Below are positions 51,648-60,006 of a stretch of DNA of 64,000 nt, one piece after another. The DNA lies in the IMG/VR virus record IMGVR_UViG_3300033076_001145, positions 128,001 through 192,000 of that record, one strand, 5' to 3'. Source of the stretch: a virus (Duplodnaviria; Caudoviricetes). Below the pieces are notes generated by a model. That model saw only the letters and a list, made by a program, of their open reading frames with translations, did not search any database and was not told the DNA's origin. Position 1 is the stretch's first letter. The number at the start of each line of letters is the position of its first letter. The translations under genes and the position numbers were made by a program.

Positions 51648-51669
51648 AGTTTTATTTATTAAAGTTTAG

Positions 51670-51740
51670 TTGTCCCTGATGGATTCGAACCACCATTATC
51701 TGAATCAAAATCAGATGTCCTGCCCTTAGACGAAGGGACA
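51670..51740 (-). tRNA. tRNA-Gln(TTG)
   Basis: TCTGA-TT-TTG-AT-TCAGA. Confidence 0.88.
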
Positions 51741-51801
51741 AAATGGAGTGTAGTGGGGCTGCAGTCCCCTGAGGCACCTACACAAGTTATTCCTCTTTTT
51801 G

Positions 51802-51873
51802 CGGTCTATGAGGGAATCGAACCCTCATCCTCCGATAGACAGTCGGATATCGTATCCTTTGGACCAATAGACC
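51802..51873 (-). tRNA. tRNA-Asp(GTC)
   Basis: TCCGA-CT-GTC-TA-TCGGA. Confidence 0.88.
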
Positions 51874-51880
51874 GTATTTG

Positions 51881-51953
51881 AGCAGTGAAATGGAATCGAA
51901 CCATCGTTTCTGAATTGGTAATCCATCGTAATAAACCTCTATACGACCACTGC
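51881..51953 (-). tRNA. tRNA-Gly(ACC), rare anticodon
   Basis: TGGA-TT-ACC-AA-TTCA; G1C2 acceptor, U73; D-arm like the neighbouring Gly(TCC). Confidence 0.7.
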
Positions 51954-52031
51954 AGTTTGGGTGGAATCAGAGGCCTTCTGTCCACCGAGACCTCGTAGTT
52001 GACTTTCGTCAGAGCTTACCGAGACACTAGG

Positions 52032-52104
52032 AGCGGGTTGGGGTAATCGAAACCCCATCTTCACTTTGGAAGAGTGACATAATGAGCCGTTATACGAAAC
52101 CCGC
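52032..52104 (-). tRNA. tRNA-Gly(TCC)
   Basis: TCACT-CT-TCC-AA-AGTGA. Confidence 0.88.
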
Positions 52105-52186
52105 TTATAAAAAAACCCACTTCGTCAGATTAACGGACTGACTGCCATTTCGGAGGTGGGGTTTGTCCTGTTAATTCAGGACCTCG

Positions 52187-52259
52187 TGGAACGGGAGAGA
52201 ATCGAACTCTCATAAAACGATTTTCAGTCGTTCACCTTGACCACGTTGGTAACCGTTCC
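52187..52259 (-). tRNA. tRNA-Phe(GAA)
   Basis: AACGA-CT-GAA-AA-TCGTT. Confidence 0.88.
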
Positions 52260-52294
52260 ATATTTCGTTTGCAAATATACAAACTTTTTCGTTG

Positions 52295-52366
52295 TCCCGG
52301 TAAAAAGAATTGAACTTTTGACAACTTGGATATGAATCAAGTACTCTACCACTGAGTTATACCGGG
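52295..52366 (-). tRNA. tRNA-Met(CAT), weak
   Basis: CTTGA-TT-CAT-AT-CCAAG; AT-rich T stem. Confidence 0.65.
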
Positions 52367-52373
52367 TTAAAAG

Positions 52374-52447
52374 TAGCCCCTGTGTGAATCGAACACACGA
52401 CCTATTGTTTGTAAGACAATCGCCCTAAACCACTGAGCCAAGGGGCT
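52374..52447 (-). tRNA. tRNA-Val(TAC)
   Basis: ATTGT-CT-TAC-AA-ACAAT. Confidence 0.88.
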
Positions 52448-52533
52448 ATTTTAGTGGAAAATAATCTCCACCCATTTTTTCCGTGAAGAGTCGTTTTCCA
52501 CCCATTTTTCACAAGTCCCACCCATTTTTTTCG

Positions 52534-52607
52534 TACTTCCGATTGGAATTGAACCAATGACCTTGACTGTATAAGAGTCCCGCTCTATACCCCTGAGCTA
52601 CGGAAGC
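52534..52607 (-). tRNA. tRNA-Ile(TAT)
   Basis: GACT-CT-TAT-AC-AGTC. Confidence 0.8.
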
Positions 52608-52908
52608 ATTTGTGGAATTACTTCCACTGATTTTTTCTGTTGTATTTCCAAGTTCTATACTCTCGTACTTTAGCCCAAGGAATTTTCTTGTTGGGGTTTT
52701 TATAACCTCTCTTATGGTATGGATAGAAATTTAATCCTTCATCCCAATAAAGTGGATACCATTCGTTTAGAGAAATTAGGTGGTAATCCCGACCACATTC
52801 TGATTGTTTGAGCTTTGCTCTGTTTCTGTTTTTTGACATAGTTATTAGGGTTTACCTAATAGCCATAATAGTGCCCTGGTCTCATAATTTTTGGTTTTTA
52901 AAGTTTAG

Positions 52909-52981
52909 TGGACACGGTGGGGCTCGAACCCAATCTTCCGCATTGCAAGTGCAGCGCTTTAGCCATTTAAGCTACCGGCCC
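52909..52981 (-). tRNA. tRNA-Ala(TGC)
   Basis: CTGCA-CT-TGC-AA-TGCGG; G3:U70. Confidence 0.85.
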
Positions 52982-52992
52982 ATTTTAAATTG

Positions 52993-53064
52993 TCGAAAAT
53001 GTACGAATCGAACGTCTCCTGAATGCCCCAAACATCCCATGCATACCATTACACCTCATTCTCG
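52993..53064 (-). tRNA. tRNA-Pro(TGG)
   Basis: GGATG-TT-TGG-GG-CATTC. Confidence 0.8.
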
Positions 53065-53071
53065 AATTAAG

Positions 53072-53146
53072 TTCTCACGGCTGGACTCGAACCAGCGACC
53101 GTTTGTGTATCAGACAAAAACTCTAAACCACCTGAGCTACGTGAGA
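53072..53146 (-). tRNA. tRNA-Ile(GAT)
   Basis: TTTGT-CT-GAT-AC-ACAAA. Confidence 0.88.
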
Positions 53147-53153
53147 ATGTTAG

Positions 53154-53224
53154 AGCCCCTACTCGGAATCGAACCAAGAACAATTGATTACAAATCAATC
53201 GTTATACCTTTTAACTATAGAGGC
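53154..53224 (-). tRNA. tRNA-Thr(TGT)
   Basis: ATTGA-TT-TGT-AA-TCAAT. Confidence 0.88.
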
Positions 53225-53230
53225 TTGTTG

Positions 53231-53315
53231 CACGCCAGGAAGGATTCGAACCCTCATAGAACATAATAGTTCACGGTTTTGGAGACCGTTGCCTAAACCA
53301 TTCGGCCACTGACGT
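53231..53315 (-). tRNA. tRNA-Trp(CCA) with long variable arm
   Basis: ACGGT-CT-CCA-AA-ACCGT; extra arm GAAC-TATTAT-GTTC. Confidence 0.85.
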
Positions 53316-54036
53316 GTATTATTTTTTCAATTATTTTATCAATATTGTTTTTAACTTCGTAATCGCTAAATCTTAAAATCTTCCACCCCATTTGGGATAA
53401 AATTCTATCTCTTTCAATATCAATTTTTTTAACATTTTTTAAATTATGTGTAGAACCATCAATCTCAATGTTAATTTTTAAATCAACGAATGCGAAATCT
53501 AATGAATATCTTAAAATTGGGTATTCCTGCGTCCACCCATCAATACCATTCTTAATTAACGACTCTCTAAATAACCTTTCAGGATAACTTTCTTTTGATG
53601 AGTGATTTAATAAGTAAGGTATTTTACCTGGATTTTCATCTAAGTATTTTTTCCTAGATTTTGATATTTTCAATTTCTGTTCATCACTCATTTTCCTACC
53701 CTTTCCGATTTTAGATAATTTTTCTTTCCTGTCGTTTAATTTAGGATTTAAATAACAATTAACCTTATGACCTCCGAGAGACCTTCCATCATCATATTCA
53801 ACACCACAAAAACTACAGATATGTTTTTTAATCACTTTATTTTTAATTTCAAGTGATTTAGTTCTTGGTTTTCGTTTATGAACTGACAGATGACCTTTTA
53901 ATTTTGAGATATTCTCAAATGGTCCCTTACCACATTCGTGACAATAAAAATCACCAACATTATGAACACTCATATGTCCAGATAATTGATTTGGTTTTTC
54001 AAATTCTTTTTCGCAGATATTACATTTATACTCCAT
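53293..54036 (-). CDS. C2H2-type Zn-finger repeats + DUF559/Vsr-like endonuclease (probable homing endonuclease) inside the tRNA operon
   Basis: CNIC..H..H repeats; MSDEQKLKIS NUMOD3-like; YSLDFA, IEIDG..H, RD..L...GWKILRF. Confidence 0.8.
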   Translation of the reverse strand: MEYKCNICEKEFEKPNQLSGHMSVHNVGDFYCHECGKGPFENISKLKGHLSVHKRKPRTKSLEIKNKVIKKHICSFCGVEYDDGRSLGGHKVNCYLNPKLNDRKEKLSKIGKGRKMSDEQKLKISKSRKKYLDENPGKIPYLLNHSSKESYPERLFRESLIKNGIDGWTQEYPILRYSLDFAFVDLKINIEIDGSTHNLKNVKKIDIERDRILSQMGWKILRFSDYEVKNNIDKIIEKIIHVSGRMV

Positions 54037-54087
54037 AATTATAAATATTTCGTAGGTCATTTTTTTAAACCACCTAACTAAAAAAAG

Positions 54088-54175
54088 TGACCCCGGTGGG
54101 ACTCGAACCCACAACGGCTATACAGCTTCCCTACTGATTAAAAGTCAGTTGCGCTACCAATTGCGCCACGAGGTC
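54088..54175 (-). tRNA. tRNA-Lys(TTT) with long variable region
   Basis: ACTGA-CT-TTT-AA-TCAGT; ~20-nt variable region containing GCT-GTAT-AGC. Confidence 0.85.
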
Positions 54176-54186
54176 ATTAAATTTTG

Positions 54187-54258
54187 CGGTGATGGGGAAT
54201 TTCGAAATCCCGACCCTCTGATTAACAGTCAGATGCTCTGCCTCTGAGCTACATCACC
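54187..54258 (-). tRNA. tRNA-Asn(GTT)
   Basis: TCTGA-CT-GTT-AA-TCAGA. Confidence 0.88.
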
Positions 54259-54270
54259 ATTTTTCCCAAT

Positions 54271-54282
54271 ATGTCAAAGAAC
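54271..54282 (-). promoter_or_regulatory. boxA-like antitermination site GTTCTTTGACAT
   Basis: Resembles rrn boxA; directly before the first tRNA of the operon. Confidence 0.6.
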
Positions 54283-54296
54283 CTTTTTGTAACACC

Positions 54297-54332
54297 AAAA
54301 AAAAACCCCGAACTTTTTTGTAGTTCAGGGTT
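54297..54332 (-). terminator. Intrinsic terminator/attenuator in the tRNA operon leader
   Basis: AACCCTGAACT-loop-AGTTCGGGGTT followed by a U-run. Confidence 0.8.
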
Positions 54333-54357
54333 CCCTTTTTTATATTTGATGATACGC

Positions 54358-54471
54358 TTACATCTCATTAAGAACCCTTACTACGCTAAAATCTTGTCCC
54401 TTAATCGCAGACCATGTTTGGCCTACGGTTGTCGGTAGATTATTTACGCTATGTATTGAGTTCTGTTTCAT
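54358..54471 (-). CDS. Putative 37-aa leader peptide MKQNSIHSVNNLPTTVGQTWSAIKGQDFSVVRVLNEM
   Basis: Short ORF between promoter and terminator; last codons are complementary to the terminator 5' arm. Confidence 0.6.
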   Translation of the reverse strand: MKQNSIHSVNNLPTTVGQTWSAIKGQDFSVVRVLNEM

Positions 54472-54502
54472 TGTCTTATTTATTAAATATGTAATTGTTT
54501 GA

Positions 54503-54533
54503 CAAAAGTATAACTATTTTTCAGTTATGTCAA
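54503..54533 (-). promoter_or_regulatory. Promoter TTGACA-N17-TACTTTTG
   Basis: Bacteroidota -7 consensus TAnnTTTG; same spacing as the three promoters at 63.76-64.0 kb. Confidence 0.7.
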
Positions 54534-54540
54534 GTTTTTT

Positions 54541-55017
54541 TTAAATTTTTATTTCAAAATGTATGAAATTATAGTCATCTTTGAAGTATTCTATGTTGTA
54601 TTCCATTCCTTCCTTCACTCTTTTTCTTATTGAAAGGAGTCCAATACCTGCTCCTCCCTTTTCACTAAACCCTTCTTGTCCGAGTTTATTGATAATCTTT
54701 TCTTTAATTTCTTCTTCACTTGAAGTGGTTACACATTGTAACCTTTTCTCGAGTTCCTCAGTTTTTTCTTTAAGTAATAAGTTACCTGTTTTGATGGTGT
54801 ATGACTCTTCATTTTTAAGTAATTCAAAGTATGCAAATGTTTCACCATTTGGTGTTTTATCTGAGTGATGAATTACATTTTGTAGAGCTTCAACAATTAG
54901 GAAAGATATTTTTCTAATTAATGTTGGTTTTTCGTCTAATTTACTAACAAACTCAATCACCCCATCAAGATATTCTTGGGTGATGTTGCCTGAGTGTTGA
55001 AGTAAAGAGTTTTCCAT
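54541..55017 (-). CDS. SiaB-like GHKL (HATPase) protein kinase
   Basis: IVEALQNVIHHS, TGN, GGAGIGLLSI. Confidence 0.7.
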   Translation of the reverse strand: MENSLLQHSGNITQEYLDGVIEFVSKLDEKPTLIRKISFLIVEALQNVIHHSDKTPNGETFAYFELLKNEESYTIKTGNLLLKEKTEELEKRLQCVTTSSEEEIKEKIINKLGQEGFSEKGGAGIGLLSIRKRVKEGMEYNIEYFKDDYNFIHFEIKI

Positions 55018-55093
55018 TTGATTTATGTCAGTATGCTAATATACTATACATAAATAGTTTTGGTTACACCTTTGGGATTTATTTAACAATTAT

Positions 55094-55606
55094 TTACTCG
55101 ACAATAAAATAATATCCTATCTTATTTCCGATTTCACTATTAAGTATTTCGTCAACTATATCTTTAATTTCGAGTCTAACTTCCCAATATGCATCACTAT
55201 GATTTAAAACATCCTCAATATTCTCGTCTCCATTTCCAATATTAACAACCCCATCAACATAACTTAATTTAACATATACATCTGAATTTTCCATGTCAAT
55301 ATCAACAATATCAATTTCAAAAATAAAATCATATGTTCCCATACTGATATTGGGATAGTCACTTGTATCAAATTGTTTTTTGGAATAATCCATAAGTAAC
55401 TTATACGCAACAGTGTCTCCCAAGAATTCTCTTAATAACCCTAACAACTCTTTATACTTAGGTCCGAATCTTTTGATGTTAAACATCTTTAGGTGTATAT
55501 CATCAATACTTGGGTCTTCACCAGAACTTATTTGGTCTTTCCAAATAATGTTGAATATCTCAGATAATGAGTTATTGCGCTGCGACTCTGTGATGATATA
55601 CCTCAT
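55094..55606 (-). CDS. Protein with ITESQ leader
   Basis: MRYIITESQ. Confidence 0.65.
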   Translation of the reverse strand: MRYIITESQRNNSLSEIFNIIWKDQISSGEDPSIDDIHLKMFNIKRFGPKYKELLGLLREFLGDTVAYKLLMDYSKKQFDTSDYPNISMGTYDFIFEIDIVDIDMENSDVYVKLSYVDGVVNIGNGDENIEDVLNHSDAYWEVRLEIKDIVDEILNSEIGNKIGYYFIVE

Positions 55607-56571
55607 AACTTTGTTGTAACCACCGATTCATGGTCCACATAAAATGAACCCCTTGGATTTGATGGGAATTGATTAACAGGAGTATCAACACATTTCATCC
55701 CAACAACTGTTACTGGCATGTATTTTTTAACAAGTAATATTTTCCCACTTGTTGTTACATAGGCCACCAAATTAATATCATTTGGTCTAATGAAAACTCC
55801 ACCTCGAGAATAAACCAAATAACCACCAGGTCTTTGTTTATTTGTAAATTTGGTCCCATCTTCCTCACATGGAGTCTGACTAACCTCTTTAATTGAGCCA
55901 ACAGTTTTAACCTGGATTTTGGCAATTCTTCCATCCTTGGTTCTCATAATAATATCAATTCCAAGTTTGGTGTCGATTGGACTTCCTTCAGTTGCTTGGT
56001 AAATCAATTGCCAACTATATTTTTTTGTTAGTAAATCAATAACATCTTGTTCGCTCTTGTCACCAACTTTTGTATTTCTTGTATTGTTTTCAGTATATCT
56101 ATCAGTATTTGTTTCAAGATATTCTCGATAATATTCCTCAGGATTGTTTTGAATTTTAACAGCAAGTTCTGATAACTTTGATTTGTCATTATTGTCTAAC
56201 ATTTCCAAAATCTCACAAGTATCTTCACCCTCATTTAAAAGTATATCAATAACAAGTCTTGTAATGTCAGAATAATTTGTATTCAACTTATTAAGTCTTG
56301 TCCAATTTCCTTGGGAATCATAAACAAATTCCATGTCAAGAATTGAGTCGAATTGAGAAGGGTCTTTTCCGATTAAAGTTAGAATTTCATTGTATTTCTC
56401 TCTATCCCCATTCCATTTTTGAATGTGGGGTTTAATCATCTCCTCAACAGGTTTTCTAAAAGTCGTTAAAATTTGTCTGTTATTTAATTTGGCAAATAAA
56501 TCCTTCTCACAAAGATTTTCATTCTCTTTGATTACTTTTTTTAACTGACTCTCCGTTAATATTACTTTCAT
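55603..56571 (-). CDS. LTESQ-leader protein with C-terminal PD-(D/E)XK-like nuclease motif
   Basis: GDKSE, GIDIIM, KIQVKT. Confidence 0.55.
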   Translation of the reverse strand: MKVILTESQLKKVIKENENLCEKDLFAKLNNRQILTTFRKPVEEMIKPHIQKWNGDREKYNEILTLIGKDPSQFDSILDMEFVYDSQGNWTRLNKLNTNYSDITRLVIDILLNEGEDTCEILEMLDNNDKSKLSELAVKIQNNPEEYYREYLETNTDRYTENNTRNTKVGDKSEQDVIDLLTKKYSWQLIYQATEGSPIDTKLGIDIIMRTKDGRIAKIQVKTVGSIKEVSQTPCEEDGTKFTNKQRPGGYLVYSRGGVFIRPNDINLVAYVTTSGKILLVKKYMPVTVVGMKCVDTPVNQFPSNPRGSFYVDHESVVTTKL

Positions 56572-56897
56572 TTTCTATCTCGGTAAATTCTAAATGTGGT
56601 AACCCACGGTTTTATGTTATCCTCAACTTCAAAACCGTATTTTTGGATAAACCACTTTTCTATTAAATAGTCAGCATCAGCGTACCTTAATCTGAAATAT
56701 TTTTTCAGTTCCCTAATTACATTATCATGAAACTCAAGTGTTTTCTTTTCAAAATTATATCTGAAATCAAAATAGTCAGGGTCTTTTTGATTAACCAAAA
56801 AGAAATCATACTTATCTTGAAAGGTGTCATAATCATTCCCATCTAAATAGGAAAATACAATTGATTCTATTTCTTTATCGTATGCCATAATTACCAA
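56568..56897 (-). CDS. Distant FSYLD paralog
   Basis: IVFSYLDGNDY...FRY...YF.L...IEKWF. Confidence 0.6.
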   Translation of the reverse strand: MVIMAYDKEIESIVFSYLDGNDYDTFQDKYDFFLVNQKDPDYFDFRYNFEKKTLEFHDNVIRELKKYFRLRYADADYLIEKWFIQKYGFEVEDNIKPWVTTFRIYRDRK

Positions 56898-57262
56898 TCA
56901 ATACCGGGGCCAGATGTCCTTTCATCTATTATTTCATTTTCAATAAAATTAATTTTTGGGAAATGTGTTTTGCTGAGTCTATATCCAATTTCATTTAAAG
57001 TATTTTCAAAATCGTATCTTGGGTAATTTAAATATATATTAACATAAACATTTAATACTTCATCGTTTTCAATCCTGTCAATTTTAATTTTATCTATCGC
57101 CTCAATTTCATGTAATTCATCCATTTCACCCATTCCCCATTCCTCAGATTCATCCCTAATCTTATCCAAAGTAAAATCAACATAATATTGAATAACCTCA
57201 GTTAAATCGTTTTCATAATTCTTTAACTTTTGATGTTGTGACTCTGTGATGATGTATTTCAT
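56891..57262 (-). CDS. Protein with ITESQ leader
   Basis: MKYIITESQ; TATTTAT upstream. Confidence 0.65.
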   Translation of the reverse strand: MKYIITESQHQKLKNYENDLTEVIQYYVDFTLDKIRDESEEWGMGEMDELHEIEAIDKIKIDRIENDEVLNVYVNIYLNYPRYDFENTLNEIGYRLSKTHFPKINFIENEIIDERTSGPGIDW

Positions 57263-57274
57263 TAATAATAAATA

Positions 57275-57847
57275 TTACCCTTCCAAGAAAGATATTACCT
57301 TTTCTTTAACCCCAACTTGTTTGATACCTTCATTACGCATTGGTGTTAAAACAAAGTTGTCCAATCCCCATTCATGTTCAAATTCCATTCCATAATGAAG
57401 TCCGGTCTTTGCCATATTCAAATCATCAATCGCAACCCAATGTGTAACTTCGGGATGGCCATTTAACCACTCTGTAATTTCTAAACTTCTTGTTCCTTCC
57501 AAATCCCAATTTCGGTACCAAGTAACTTTACCGCCATCAATCATGTTTCCTGTAAAATCAATTGGTCGTTTGATGATACCCTGTCTTTCGTAGTAATCAC
57601 CCATTTCTTCAACTGAACACCAATTTTTCCAATCAGAGGATACAACAATCTCAGCACCAGTCTTTTCCAAGATTTCGTTTAATACCTTAATTGCCTTCTT
57701 GTCAAAATTATCAAAACGAGCATCAACCGGCATTGACATAACATCCTGACTCAACTTCTTTCTCTCCTTTTGCTGTTTCTTAAATCGTGACCCCCAATTA
57801 CCTGATAAACAGATAACTCCATCGTGGTCAAGTAGTATAATGCGCAT
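57275..57847 (-). CDS. HAD-family phosphatase (Swiss-army-knife RNA-repair type)
   Basis: LDHDGV, IVVSSDW, EI..WL, WVAIDD. Confidence 0.8.
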   Translation of the reverse strand: MRIILLDHDGVICLSGNWGSRFKKQQKERKKLSQDVMSMPVDARFDNFDKKAIKVLNEILEKTGAEIVVSSDWKNWCSVEEMGDYYERQGIIKRPIDFTGNMIDGGKVTWYRNWDLEGTRSLEITEWLNGHPEVTHWVAIDDLNMAKTGLHYGMEFEHEWGLDNFVLTPMRNEGIKQVGVKEKVISFLEG

Positions 57848-58590
57848 TATATTATATGTTTTTCTTTAATATAGTTTTTAATTTCATTCAAATATACATC
57901 ATCAACATCACTCATCCAAAAATTTCTTTTTTTATTATTTTCACTTTTAGTCAATAACTGTAAATTTCTAAAATCATTAACCACAGATGCCGGTGTATCT
58001 TCTTTAAACCACGTTATTGGTATTTTATGGTCAATTTCATACTTAACCCAATCCGAAGATAAAGTTTCTAAGTATTTTTTAAGTTCTTCAGGGGAATATC
58101 CTAATAAAACTATTGTTCTATCATCTTTATCTTTTTTTATTTTTTTCAAAGTTTCCTTTAATAGATATCTCCATCGGTGTTTTTCAGGATTTTCCTTTCT
58201 ACTTTTCTGAGCAGATTTTCTATTATATTCTTTGTGTTTTTCAATATTTTCTTCCCTCCATTTTTTATTTTTTTCACCAACTTTTTCATTATTTTCAGAG
58301 TAATATTCTTTATATCTATCCCTAATGTATTCTTTATTATCATCCCTATATTTTTGAAAATACTCTTTATTTTTTTCCCTATACTCTTTTGATTTTTGTC
58401 GGTAATATTCTTTATTCTTTTCCCAATTTTCTTTTGATTTTTTCCTGAAGTAATCTTTACCTCTCAAATCATTAAGTTTTTTTGAGCACATCTTACATAA
58501 TGAACTACCCTTATAAAATTCATTAACCGTTTTTTCAATTCCACACGCTGTAAAATTGACTCGTTTAGTTTTACATATTTTTGTCTCCAT
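57847..58590 (-). CDS. HNH-type homing endonuclease
   Basis: K/E/Y-rich repeats; EIDHKIP...NLQLL...N. Confidence 0.75.
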   Translation of the reverse strand: METKICKTKRVNFTACGIEKTVNEFYKGSSLCKMCSKKLNDLRGKDYFRKKSKENWEKNKEYYRQKSKEYREKNKEYFQKYRDDNKEYIRDRYKEYYSENNEKVGEKNKKWREENIEKHKEYNRKSAQKSRKENPEKHRWRYLLKETLKKIKKDKDDRTIVLLGYSPEELKKYLETLSSDWVKYEIDHKIPITWFKEDTPASVVNDFRNLQLLTKSENNKKRNFWMSDVDDVYLNEIKNYIKEKHII

Positions 58591-60006
58591 ATATATAAAT
58601 ATATGTGTAGGTCAAAAAAAATTACTTTTACTTCTTCTTTGAGAATTTCTCTCGGTTTGTTTGTTTCTTTTCGGGCGGGTGTTTATACTTAATCTCAACT
58701 GAGATTGGCCCGTTTTTGAATTTGGTTAAATCATAAGTCCAGATTGTAACCGCTTCGTCATCTTCATAAACTTGTTGGTATTGTTCCTTTTTACTCATAA
58801 TGGGAACAAAGATACGACATTATTTGTTATTTTCCAAATCTTTTATAAGGGGGACAAAATCTTCAGATGGTGAAAATTCAAAGTTATCAATAACGATAGG
58901 TATCGTTATATTGAATAATTTTAAATAATCCTCAATGTCTTGCCTTGTTTGAACATAAAATTCAAACCATTGATTGGCAACATTTTGTCTTCCGGTCGTC
59001 TTATGTTTGTGACCAAAATGTGATAAGTATAAATTAATCATACCTTCACCATTAACTAATTTAACTGAAACAAAAAGGTGGTCAATATCTTCACCAACAC
59101 TTCTTAATTTTCCAACACCATCAATATGGAATTGGTAATATGCTTTAGCAGTTTGACTATCATTAAAAGAAACTTTATGTTCATACTCAAAAGTCTGACC
59201 CTCTATAAAATTATTAATACTCGATATCTGCTCCTTAGAAATTGTTTCATTAAGAGACATTCTTATCTTTTTTAATTGTTGTTCAGATACTATGATATTC
59301 ATCACTTACCAATTACTAATTCGTCATAACTTAGATTATCCATACCCTTACCCATCTCATCTTCCATTTCTTCATAAAAGTATGATTTTGCCACGGATGT
59401 TATTGATTGTTCAGATTGAGCGATTTTACTTTCCATCCAATCCTCTAACTGAGCACCTTCCTCTAAATTTTGCCACATCTCATAAGCCAAAGTTGCAATA
59501 ATAAAAAGTTGTTGCTTTGCCATATAACTACCTTCAGGTTTTTTTCCACCTGTTTCGTTATTTAAATTTTCTTTGATTTTCTGTAGTTGAGCTTCGCTTA
59601 ATTTATATTTAGCCATGATAGTTTTTATTATAAATATTATGTAAATAAAAAAAAGGGAACTTTCGTTCCCTTTTGAGCCCGATTCGGATTGAATCAGTCC
59701 ACCACTTTGGGTTTTCCAAAGATTATTTAGAGACCTTTGCCAAGACTTGCTCAGTGTAGGTAACAGTTTCGTTTTTAGTGAATATAATACAGTTTTTCAA
59801 AATATTACTCGGAATTTGAATCAATGTGTCTGTCACATTGAAGTATTTGAATGTCTCACCGTACTCGATTGAATCATTAACCAATTTCAAAAATAATTTA
59901 CACTGAACTTCATCTGTGAATGAAATTGATAATACATTTCCGATTACTTCGTGGTATATGTTTAATGTTGTCTGTTTCATACCACAAAGATAATTATATT
60001 TTCTTA

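Noticed and set aside
51955-52030. CTGACGA hammerhead-like core between the Gly tRNAs
   Set aside because: No correctly placed stem II-GAAA and cleavage triplet; better explained as a TGAC-GAAA-GTCA hairpin
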